NCBI GenBank assembly: GCA_965116885.1
Contig: OZ220741.1
Span: forward strand, 4,128,001-4,192,000
Length of the DNA stretch: 64,000 bases
Direction of reading: 5' to 3'
DNA from: Candidatus Latescibacterota bacterium
GTDB taxonomy: Bacteria; Latescibacterota; UBA2968
In this document: one piece after another, positions 18,992 through 27,117 of the stretch
Layout of the letters: the number at the start of each line of letters is the position of its first letter
Numbering within the stretch: position 1 is the first letter of the stretch
The notes under the pieces: model-generated
Database searches by the model: none
The model's input: the letters and a program-made list of their open reading frames with translations, nothing else
Told to the model about the DNA's origin: nothing
Made by a program: the position numbers and the translations under genes

Positions 18992-19090
18992 ATGGCGAGT
19001 AGTGAACGCAGAAAAGAGCTTCGTCGAAGGCGACAGAGGCGAAAAAAACGCCTTAAAGCACGTCGTCGAGAAGGAAGAAGTGGGAGGTAA
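18992..19090 (+). CDS. Tiny Arg/Lys-rich protein, 32 aa (DUF6800-like), not in the ORF track
   Basis: MASSERRKELRRRRQRRKKRLKARRREGRSGR, preceded by GGAAGGA RBS. Confidence 0.6.
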   Translation: MASSERRKELRRRRQRRKKRLKARRREGRSGR

Positions 19091-19215
19091 GAACTAATAA
19101 TGGGCATGGCGGTTAAAACGAATAGATAATAAGAACCCTTGCCATATATGCGATTTTTTGTACATTAGTATGGAATAAATCAGACCCGTAGTGTCATTTT
19201 TCAGGAGGTTTTTCA

Positions 19216-19581
19216 ATGGCTAATCCCAAAGTCATCGCCTATTTGAAGCCAGTCTGTGGTTGGAGCGGTGGTGTGCGCGCTGTTCTGGCAAAATATGGAC
19301 TGGAATACGAAGACCGCGATATTATTAACAATCCCAATAACTATCGCGAGATGGTTATGAAGAGTGGACAACCCTTACAGCCCTGCGTGCAGGTTGGGGA
19401 TACGATGCTGGCTGATATCAGCGGTGATGAGTTGGAAGGTTGGTTAATCGAAAATGGGTACCAACCCGCAGGTCCAGACGCAACGGTTCCGACAGATCGT
19501 TCCTGTACAGATGAGGAACATGAAGCAATGGCGCGCGCAGCACAGCAACCGACTATTGCCAACCCTCACTTTGGTAGATAA
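19216..19581 (+). CDS. Glutaredoxin-like protein (monothiol CGWS)
   Basis: YLKPVCGWS, KSGQPLQPCV; AGGAGG RBS. Confidence 0.8.
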   Translation: MANPKVIAYLKPVCGWSGGVRAVLAKYGLEYEDRDIINNPNNYREMVMKSGQPLQPCVQVGDTMLADISGDELEGWLIENGYQPAGPDATVPTDRSCTDEEHEAMARAAQQPTIANPHFGR

Positions 19582-19607
19582 AAACAAGGTGATGGTTTTT
19601 TACAGCG

Positions 19608-19638
19608 AGGCGATCCTCAGGGGTCGCCTTTTTCTTTT
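19608..19638 (+). terminator. Intrinsic terminator
   Basis: AGGCGATCC-TCAG-GGGTCGCCT followed by a T run. Confidence 0.7.
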
Positions 19639-19689
19639 GTCCGAATAGAAGTCATTTGCAGGTACTTGTATTTTTAGATTGAGAATACT

Positions 19690-20370
19690 ATGCAGACGCG
19701 CGTTCTCGAAAAAGAAATTGCAGAATGCACCCTGTGCAAACGTCTGGTCGAATACTGCCACACCTTTGATCTGGCGGAAAATCGCAAAATTGGCGATTGC
19801 GATTACTGGGCAAAACCCGTTCCGGGGTTTGGAGATGTCAATGCACAATTGCTCATTATTGGTCTGGCTCCCGGCGCACACGGAGCCAATCGCACGGGCA
19901 GGCCATTTACAGGCGATGGCGCGGGCGATGTGCTTTACCGCGCACTCTTCCAGCACGGTTTTGCCAACCGGGAAACAGCGATTGATCTCCATGACGGAAT
20001 GCGTCTGGACAATGTGTATATCACCAATGCCGTAAAGTGTGTTCCGCCTCAAAATCGCCCCAATGCTGAAGAGAAGCGTACCTGTCTCGACTGGCTGGCG
20101 CAGGAGATGACCGTCTTGTCTCGAGTAAAAATCGTTCTGGCGATGGGCAGAGATGCGTTTGACAGTTATATAAGGCTGGAGAGGGCAGCAGGGCGCGTGA
20201 CGAGGCTAAACGCCTATCGTTTCCAGCACGGTGGCGTGTACCGGTTGGACGATAAAATTCTCGTGGCGACCTACCATTTTAGCCGCTACAATATGAATAC
20301 AGGTGTTCTGACAGAAGATATGATCGATGTGTTGTTCCAACGCGTACGTGCATTGCTGTGTGAAGTGTGA
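19690..20370 (+). CDS. Uracil-DNA glycosylase family 5 (UdgB-like, Fe-S)
   Basis: CTLCKRL, GLAPGAHGANRTGRPFTGD, NAVKCVPPQNRP. Confidence 0.9.
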   Translation: MQTRVLEKEIAECTLCKRLVEYCHTFDLAENRKIGDCDYWAKPVPGFGDVNAQLLIIGLAPGAHGANRTGRPFTGDGAGDVLYRALFQHGFANRETAIDLHDGMRLDNVYITNAVKCVPPQNRPNAEEKRTCLDWLAQEMTVLSRVKIVLAMGRDAFDSYIRLERAAGRVTRLNAYRFQHGGVYRLDDKILVATYHFSRYNMNTGVLTEDMIDVLFQRVRALLCEV

Positions 20371-20392
20371 AGGAGGATAAAGCACCCGCTTC

Positions 20393-20926
20393 TCACTTGG
20401 GTTCATTCAGCACAGCGATGTAGGGTAGGTTGCGGTAGGCCTGGTTGTAGTCGAGGCCATAACCCACCACAAATTGGTCCGGAATGGTGAAACCGCAGTG
20501 ATGGATGGGGACGGGTACGATTCTGCGGTCTGGTTTGTCCAGGAGGGTGCAGATACCGAGGCTGCGCGGATTTCTGCCCTTTAATAATGTGAGAAGTGCA
20601 GAGATCGTGCGCCCGGTATCGACAATATCTTCGACAATGAGCACATGGCGGTCTTCAATTTCACGGCTGAGGTCTTTTGTGAATGTCACTGTGCCCGAGC
20701 TACTTGTACCGACATAACTCGAAATCGCAATGAGATCAATTTCAATGGGGCAACTTATCGCGCGCGAAAGATCGACTAAAAAGTAGAGGGCACCCGTTAG
20801 AATGCCCACGAGAACGACGCCGTCTGGGTACTGTGCGGAAATTTCGGCACCGAGTTCGCGAACGCGGTTCTGGATCGTTTTTTTGTCAATTAATATAGAA
20901 TCGGGATGAAGGACAAATTCCTGCAC
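20393..20926 (-). CDS. hpt: Hypoxanthine phosphoribosyltransferase
   Basis: LIVEDIVDTGRT, FVVGYGLDY, YRNLPYI. Confidence 0.95.
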   Translation of the reverse strand: MQEFVLHPDSILIDKKTIQNRVRELGAEISAQYPDGVVLVGILTGALYFLVDLSRAISCPIEIDLIAISSYVGTSSSGTVTFTKDLSREIEDRHVLIVEDIVDTGRTISALLTLLKGRNPRSLGICTLLDKPDRRIVPVPIHHCGFTIPDQFVVGYGLDYNQAYRNLPYIAVLNEPK

Positions 20927-21036
20927 TGAAAAGACCTCCTTGTGATGTAAGATGGTATAACTTAAAGAATTTATTTTTTATGTCAAACCCCATTGGGGCT
21001 AACTCATACCCATCAAGCGGTATTTGAAGGAATCCC

Positions 21037-21065
21037 TTGATTCAGATTTGTAAAAATGCTATATT
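21037..21065 (+). promoter_or_regulatory. Sigma70-like promoter upstream of mutL
   Basis: TTGATT-17 bp-TATATT with extended -10 TG. Confidence 0.5.
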
Positions 21066-21087
21066 TGCGTCGAAGCTTGTGCTTCAC

Positions 21088-21196
21088 AAAAAAACGCCTT
21101 GAATCTGCATGAGGGTAGCCCCGCAGGAAGTTTTCCGCTGTTTTAACACCGGGACTTCGACAACCATTTCGGCACCCGGCGGGTTAGGCGTTTTTT
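21088..21196. ncRNA. Candidate structured element between hpt and mutL
   Basis: A7-CGCCT...AGGCG-T6 terminal inverted repeat with nested stems. Confidence 0.4.
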
Positions 21197-21222
21197 GTTT
21201 TCTTTTTTTATCTATTCACAAT

Positions 21223-23016
21223 ATGCCCAATAAAATTCGCATACTTCCGGATGATATCGCCAACCGCATCGCTGCTGGGGAAGTGGTTGAGCGGCCTGCG
21301 TCTGTCGCAAAAGAACTGATGGAGAATTCAGTGGATGCGGGATCAGACCGCATTGTAGTTGAAGTTGCTGCCGGCGGCAAGGAAAGCCTGCGGGTCAGTG
21401 ATAACGGATACGGGATGTCGCGCGATGACGCGCTTTTAGCACTTGAACGACACGCGACGAGCAAAATTCAAAGTCTGGACGATCTAAAAGGGTTGCTCAC
21501 ACATGGATTCAGGGGCGAGGCATTGCCCAGTATTGCCGCTGTTTCGCGCATGACCCTTGAAACTCGTCTGGCAGACGCGGTTGAAGGGACGCGAGTGTCC
21601 GTGGTAGGTGGGCGCGTGCAGGATGTATCCGCGATTGGTCGCGGGCAGGGTACGGCTGTTACATTGCACGGCCTATTTTTTAATGTGCCTGCCAGGCGAA
21701 AATTTCTCAAAAGTGTCGATACGGAATTTCGGCATATTGTGAACGCGGTGACGGCTATGGCCATGGCGTACCCCGAGATCGGATTTGACCTCAAGCACAA
21801 TGGACGCCAGGTGCTACAACTGGGCAGGTCGCGCTTTGATCGGCGGGCAGAGCAGATATTTGGCGTGCGATATGGCACAGATGCCATCGGTGTTGAGAGC
21901 AAAGCGAGCGGGATTGAGGTTCGGGGCTTTGTGGGCAAGCCCGAGTCCGCACGGAAATCCGGCGCCCAACAGGTTTTGATTGTCAATAATCGATGGGTAC
22001 AACACAAAGCCATCGGTTTCGCAGTTTACGAAGGATATGGCGGCCTTTTGCCCAAGGGGCTTGCGCCGTCGTATTGCCTCTGTCTGAGCATTGATCCAGC
22101 GCGTGTGGATGTCAATGTCCATCCTTCAAAGCGCGAGGTTCGCTTTGCCGATGAGCGGACAATTTACGGCCTGATCACCCAGGCGGTTCAACAATCGCTG
22201 CGCGGCGCGGATCTGATCCCAGAAATGGGCGATGCTGTTATGTCTGTGGCAGATACACCTGTGAGCATTGCAGAATCTCCCGAGACTACCTATCAGCTCG
22301 GACAGCCCAAAGTTGGCGGACAGCCCCAGATGGCATTGCCCCTGACAATGAGAATGTCGCAGGAGAGAGTAAAGCCGGGGGCCGGGATTAATACCGATGG
22401 TCTCGATGAAGAGGATTTTACACGCATTTCCGTATGGCAACTGCACGGCAAGTACATTTTGGCGCACATCAAAAACGGTTTGATTGCGATTGACCAGCAG
22501 GTTGCCCACCAGAGGATTTTGTACGAACGCGCCATTGACAATATGCATACCCGTCCCGCCACGAGCCAGCGACTGTTGTTTCCGCTTACACTCGATTTTG
22601 GTGTCAAAGAAATTTTTATTGTGCGCGAGGCTATGCCATTGTTGGAAAAAATGGGGTTTGGCATCCGTGATTTTGGGGGGCATACTGTTGTAGTTGATGC
22701 CATTCCCATGGGGCTGAGAACGTGGCAAGATGGGCAACTTTTGAGAGATATGGTCCGCGATATGGCCGAAGCCGAGCAAGCAACTTCTGTTTCGCCGTCC
22801 TTGCAAGCGCGGCAGATTGCACCCGAGGAACATCGGCTCGCATCGGTTTATGCCTGGCACACGTCGATTCGCACAGGTGAGGATTTATCGACAGAAGAAA
22901 TGCGCGCGCTTATCGATCAATTGTTCGCAACGCGAGAACCTTTCGTCAGCCCTTATGGCAAACCAACGCTTGTGAAGATTGGGCTGGATGAAATTGACAA
23001 TCGGTTTAAGCGGTAG
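21223..23016 (+). CDS. mutL: DNA mismatch repair protein MutL (degenerate endonuclease motifs)
   Basis: NRIAAGEVVERPASVAKELMENS, HATSKI, GFRGEAL, DVNVHPSKREV. Confidence 0.97.
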   Translation: MPNKIRILPDDIANRIAAGEVVERPASVAKELMENSVDAGSDRIVVEVAAGGKESLRVSDNGYGMSRDDALLALERHATSKIQSLDDLKGLLTHGFRGEALPSIAAVSRMTLETRLADAVEGTRVSVVGGRVQDVSAIGRGQGTAVTLHGLFFNVPARRKFLKSVDTEFRHIVNAVTAMAMAYPEIGFDLKHNGRQVLQLGRSRFDRRAEQIFGVRYGTDAIGVESKASGIEVRGFVGKPESARKSGAQQVLIVNNRWVQHKAIGFAVYEGYGGLLPKGLAPSYCLCLSIDPARVDVNVHPSKREVRFADERTIYGLITQAVQQSLRGADLIPEMGDAVMSVADTPVSIAESPETTYQLGQPKVGGQPQMALPLTMRMSQERVKPGAGINTDGLDEEDFTRISVWQLHGKYILAHIKNGLIAIDQQVAHQRILYERAIDNMHTRPATSQRLLFPLTLDFGVKEIFIVREAMPLLEKMGFGIRDFGGHTVVVDAIPMGLRTWQDGQLLRDMVRDMAEAEQATSVSPSLQARQIAPEEHRLASVYAWHTSIRTGEDLSTEEMRALIDQLFATREPFVSPYGKPTLVKIGLDEIDNRFKR

Positions 23017-23018
23017 TC

Positions 23019-23939
23019 ATGACCTCATTCCCAGATATTTTGGTGATTGCAGGACCGACGGCATCGGGTAAAACGTCTGTGGGCATTGAACTCGCGCAGA
23101 GATTAAATGGCGAGATTATATCGGCAGATGCGCGGCAGATTTATCGTTTTATGGATATCGGGACGGCAAAGCCGACAGCTGAAGAACGGGTTGCTGCGCG
23201 CCATCATCTCATCAATTTTGTCAATCCCGATAAAGGCTATAGCGCGGGGCAATTTGCCGAAGATGCGTCTGCTGTAATTGGAGATATTTTGCGTCGTGGT
23301 AAGGTGCCCATTGTGGTCGGCGGAGCGGGATTGTATATTCGCGCGTTGTTCGATGGCTTTTCACCTATGCCGAAAATTCCGATAGAGATTCGCGCGCGAT
23401 TGCAGGAAGAGGGAAGAGATAGTCTTCCCAAATTGTACAAGAGGCTGTGTGAGGTCGATTCAGAATGGGCTGCTAAAATTCAGGCGACCGATACACAACG
23501 CATTCTGCGCGGCCTGGAAGTCTATGAAGCATCGGGCAAGCCGCTTTCTGAACATCAGAAGGTGCCGCCAACGCCGCCGATCCGTCATAAGGCATCTTAT
23601 TTTGGTTTGCACTGGGATCGCGAAACACTCTATGACCGGATCAATGCGCGTGCGTGTCTTATGCTCGAGAATGGCCTAATTGAAGAAACGGCAAGCCTTC
23701 GCGACAGGGGATATACTCCCGATTTAAACGCGCTCAATGCATTCGGATACCGGGAAATATTTCAATATCTCAATGGTAAGACGACGCTTGATCGCGCGCT
23801 TGCCGATTTGCAACAGGGTACGCGACGCTACGCCAAACGACAGATGACATTTTTTCGTAGAGATAAGCGCTTCAGGTGGGTAGATGGCAGCGATGATAAT
23901 GTGGCAGATGCCATCTTGCAAAATCTTGAAACATGTTGA
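23019..23939 (+). CDS. miaA: tRNA dimethylallyltransferase
   Basis: GPTASGKT, DIGTAKP, TRRYAKRQMT; follows mutL. Confidence 0.97.
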   Translation: MTSFPDILVIAGPTASGKTSVGIELAQRLNGEIISADARQIYRFMDIGTAKPTAEERVAARHHLINFVNPDKGYSAGQFAEDASAVIGDILRRGKVPIVVGGAGLYIRALFDGFSPMPKIPIEIRARLQEEGRDSLPKLYKRLCEVDSEWAAKIQATDTQRILRGLEVYEASGKPLSEHQKVPPTPPIRHKASYFGLHWDRETLYDRINARACLMLENGLIEETASLRDRGYTPDLNALNAFGYREIFQYLNGKTTLDRALADLQQGTRRYAKRQMTFFRRDKRFRWVDGSDDNVADAILQNLETC

Positions 23940-23964
23940 CATCCCATGGGAACGCCTGTAAATT
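23936..23964 (+). promoter_or_regulatory. Promoter for tRNA-Gly
   Basis: TTGACA-17 bp-TAAATT, 16 bp before the tRNA. Confidence 0.6.
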
Positions 23965-23980
23965 GGCTATTCCTTGCGGA

Positions 23981-24056
23981 GCGGGAATAACTCAGTTGGT
24001 AGAGTGCAAGCTTCCCAAGCTTGATGTCGCGGGTTCGAGTCCCGTTTCCCGCTCCA
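23981..24056 (+). tRNA. tRNA-Gly(CCC)
   Basis: 76-nt cloverleaf GCGGGAA...TTCCCGC-T-CCA; anticodon arm CAAGC-TT-CCC-AA-GCTTG; GGTTCGAGTCCC T-arm. Confidence 0.98.
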
Positions 24057-24071
24057 AAAATAATGAAAATC

Positions 24072-24105
24072 ACGGGCAATCTCAATGCGGGTTGTCCGTT
24101 CTTTT
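24072..24105 (+). terminator. Terminator after the tRNA
   Basis: ACGGGCAATC...GGTTGTCCGT stem plus T-rich tail. Confidence 0.55.
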
Positions 24106-24163
24106 TGTTTTATACATTGGATAAAGCCAATCGGTGCAATTTGTTGTACCTGAAGGAGTTTCC

Positions 24164-24910
24164 ATGGATAATGAAATTCGCATCCACTATGTCAGTCATT
24201 TTCTCAAGCTGAGTTTGTGGTATGCGCGGTTTCTGATGGCGCGGGAGGGAATTGGGTTTGAAAATGCGGTTACTTCTCGGGTTAATGTGTATCGCAATAC
24301 GGATTTTTTCGATGGCAAAAACCATCCGGCGCGAGGGTATGAAGACCCGGATTGGGACGCCTATCTGATGGGTTTAAAGACCATTTTTGATCGCTGTGAA
24401 GGCGAGGCCTGGGAGGAAGAAGGGCTGGCCTATTTGTGGCCCCGCGTGAAAAAGGGTTATAGCAGGCCTTCGACAAAGGGACGTCCTTACGAATGCTGGA
24501 CGTATGACGATGGCGACGATTATATCGCGATCCACATCGGCAATGTATATCAGCCCAAATCGCCTTTGAGTGAAATGCGAGATGCATTTATGGGCACATT
24601 GCTGCAATTGTTAAAGGATACACAGCAGCGACGCTCCGATGTGAAGACTGTGAGGTGTGGCAGTTGGCTCAACTCTGCGCCGCCATTTCAAGACCTATTT
24701 CCCAAAAGTTGGCGCGAGAGCGCAATAGTGAGTCCAAAAGCGGGATATACGATGGGGCATTGGGGGCAATTTATGGACCGCACGGGGCGGTTTCATATAA
24801 AAAATGGCGCACATTTGCGGGCAACAGGGGAGTTTCTCTATCCCTGTTCGACCTGTTATGCACCGATTGATGAGATTGTGGCGCATTTGGAGGCTATGGT
24901 GGAGGGCTGA
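24164..24910 (+). CDS. Hypothetical protein
   Basis: 248-aa ORF with AAGGAG RBS; CGSWLNS and WGQF motifs, no confident family. Confidence 0.75.
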   Translation: MDNEIRIHYVSHFLKLSLWYARFLMAREGIGFENAVTSRVNVYRNTDFFDGKNHPARGYEDPDWDAYLMGLKTIFDRCEGEAWEEEGLAYLWPRVKKGYSRPSTKGRPYECWTYDDGDDYIAIHIGNVYQPKSPLSEMRDAFMGTLLQLLKDTQQRRSDVKTVRCGSWLNSAPPFQDLFPKSWRESAIVSPKAGYTMGHWGQFMDRTGRFHIKNGAHLRATGEFLYPCSTCYAPIDEIVAHLEAMVEG

Positions 24911-24959
24911 ACGAATCAGCGAATCGAAGCCCGTAACGACTTTGGGTGGCGGGGTGGGA

Positions 24960-24990
24960 TTCGTCTATTCGTCTATTCGTCTATTCGTCT
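24960..24990. repeat. Short tandem repeat (ATTCGTCT) x~4 overlapping the MFS stop codon
   Basis: attcgtctattcgtctattcgtctattcgtct. Confidence 0.75.
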
Positions 24991-26217
24991 TTCCAGAGTC
25001 TCGGGAACGAGGAAGAGGAAGATACCCGCTGCGGAAAGGCCGATGCCTGCAATAGCCAATGCTGCAGGTGATAGGCCGAGGAAGTCGGCGACATAACCGA
25101 CGCATACGGGTCCAGACATGCGCCCGCCATCGCCGATGAGGCGCCAGAGGCCCAAAAATTCGCTCAAGGCATCGCGGGGTGCAAGGTCGGCACCCAGGGT
25201 CATCATGGCTCCTGAACTGAGGCCATTGCCAAATCCGAGCAGACTGGCGGGGAACAAGAGGGCGATAAATTCTCCCGTGATGAGATCGAGAAAGAAAAAG
25301 GACAGATTGAGGTGGGGAGCAAAGAATTCTGTGAGTGGGATAAGTGCCATACCAATAGCCTGTAGCGCGAAGCTGGGTACATTGGCGAATTTGCGTCCAA
25401 AGCGGTCCATGATGACCCCTGCTGGATAGAACATCATCATGTCGATAAAGCCCGATATAGACATAATGAGCCCGATTTGCTCATATCCCAGGTCAAGGAC
25501 TTCGGCGCCGTAGAGCGGTATGATGATGTAGCGACCACTGCGAATGGTTTGGGCAAAGAGTTGACCTGTACCTGCGGTGATCAGATTTTTGCTGTGGATG
25601 CGAAAGATGTTGGCGAAGTGGCGCACAAGGCCGTGTTGCGGTGGCGATACGCGCTTGCGGGAGGCCTCGACGGCGATTGCCGCGACTACTGCGGATAGGA
25701 GTGAGATGCCGCCATAAACGAGGAATGGATATTCTACTGAGGTGGCCGAGGCAATATAGCCACCGATGACAGGTCCCAAAAAGGTGCCGATGCGGCTGAT
25801 GCCGCCAAATACAGAAAGGGCACGGCCCCTCTGGTGGACGGCTGTGGCATCGGCCAGATAAGCATACCGCGAGATGTCCCAAAGTGCGCCACCGATTCCG
25901 CCCACAAAGCGCAACAGGAAGACCACAAAGATAGAGGGCGCAAAAAAGAGGCCCGCGCCGCACAATGCAACTGTTATGACCCCCAATAGCATCGCGGATT
26001 TGCGACCGATGCGGTTGAGTACCATGGCCGCGGGTAGGTCACCAACGAGGTGACCAATACCCTCGGCAGCGAGCACGAGGCCGACGAGGCCATAGGAAAT
26101 ATCAAACGATTTGGCGTAGAGCGGCAATATGGGGACGAGCAGACCACTGCCCAGTCTGAGTAGAAAAGTAGGAATAAAGACGGGAAGGATAAGGGGGTTG
26201 CGGATGATTGAGTTCAT
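24973..26217 (-). CDS. MFS transporter
   Basis: About 12 TM segments; NRIGRK and DRFGRK loop motifs. Confidence 0.92.
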   Translation of the reverse strand: MNSIIRNPLILPVFIPTFLLRLGSGLLVPILPLYAKSFDISYGLVGLVLAAEGIGHLVGDLPAAMVLNRIGRKSAMLLGVITVALCGAGLFFAPSIFVVFLLRFVGGIGGALWDISRYAYLADATAVHQRGRALSVFGGISRIGTFLGPVIGGYIASATSVEYPFLVYGGISLLSAVVAAIAVEASRKRVSPPQHGLVRHFANIFRIHSKNLITAGTGQLFAQTIRSGRYIIIPLYGAEVLDLGYEQIGLIMSISGFIDMMMFYPAGVIMDRFGRKFANVPSFALQAIGMALIPLTEFFAPHLNLSFFFLDLITGEFIALLFPASLLGFGNGLSSGAMMTLGADLAPRDALSEFLGLWRLIGDGGRMSGPVCVGYVADFLGLSPAALAIAGIGLSAAGIFLFLVPETLERRIDE

Positions 26218-26262
26218 TGAACTAAAAAACGAAAATAAAAACTAAAAAGCAACCACAACACA

Positions 26263-26994
26263 ATGGATTTTCCAATACGCGAAATATGTTATGCGAGTAG
26301 TATTTTTTGGATTGCGGGTAGCTTGCAGGGGTTGACAGGGTTTGGGTTTAACCTGCTTTCTATACCGGCGATGGTTTTGTGGTTTCCCGCCCAGGTGGTT
26401 GTGCCCGGGGTTTTGATGTCTTATTTACCTTTGGGAACTGGACAGTTTATTCAACTGAGGCGGGATGTGGATTGGAAGGTGCTGGGGATGATTGTGGGGA
26501 GTGCGATTGTGGGCATGCCTTTGGGCGCGTTTGTGTTACGCGATACAGATGCAGAGGTGATGAAACGCGCCATTGGTCTGGCGATGGTGGTATTGGCAAT
26601 TGTTTTGCAATTGCGACCGGGTAATCCTTTTCGACACGATGCACTGACCTGTGGGGGGGTGGGTATGTTCAGCGGTTTTTTGTCGTCGAGTATCGGTGTA
26701 TCTGGACCGCCTATCGTTCTGTTTGGGCTGAAACAGCGCTGGCCGCAGGCGATGATGCGCGCAACGCTTTTGACCTGTTTTTTGTGTACTTCCACGTTGA
26801 GTCTCTGTGTGTTGTGGGCAGTAGGGGTGTTGACGCTTGAGAGTTTGCAATTCGTCCTCTGGGGTGCGCCGGGTTTGATTTTGGGATTTTTGACCGCGAC
26901 CTATCTCCGCGCACGGGTTCACCAGGTGGCGGTGTTTCGCTGGATTTCGATTGGGATGGTGATGGCAGGTGGATTGGCCGCGGCGATTTTTTAA
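26263..26994 (+). CDS. TauE/SafE sulfite exporter family membrane protein
   Basis: AGSLQGLTGFG and SGFLSSSIGVSGPP motifs. Confidence 0.88.
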   Translation: MDFPIREICYASSIFWIAGSLQGLTGFGFNLLSIPAMVLWFPAQVVVPGVLMSYLPLGTGQFIQLRRDVDWKVLGMIVGSAIVGMPLGAFVLRDTDAEVMKRAIGLAMVVLAIVLQLRPGNPFRHDALTCGGVGMFSGFLSSSIGVSGPPIVLFGLKQRWPQAMMRATLLTCFLCTSTLSLCVLWAVGVLTLESLQFVLWGAPGLILGFLTATYLRARVHQVAVFRWISIGMVMAGGLAAAIF

Positions 26995-27117
26995 TGATGG
27001 GCAAGTGCGTGCCTGTCAGTTGATTAAACTCAACGACCTGTTGATTGGTCAGGCACGCTATTTATTTTATCTTTGTCCTCAACTATTTCCTGTTCAACCG
27101 AATAAGAGAAAAGATGT

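Noticed and set aside
23981..24056. tRNA-Gly as the island integration site
   Set aside because: No integrase next to it, no duplicated tRNA 3' end seen, and the island begins ~6.7 kb away
27007..27058. SAM or cobalamin riboswitch upstream of metH
   Set aside because: Only a simple inverted repeat (GCGTGCCTG/CAGGCACGC); no recognisable aptamer motifs
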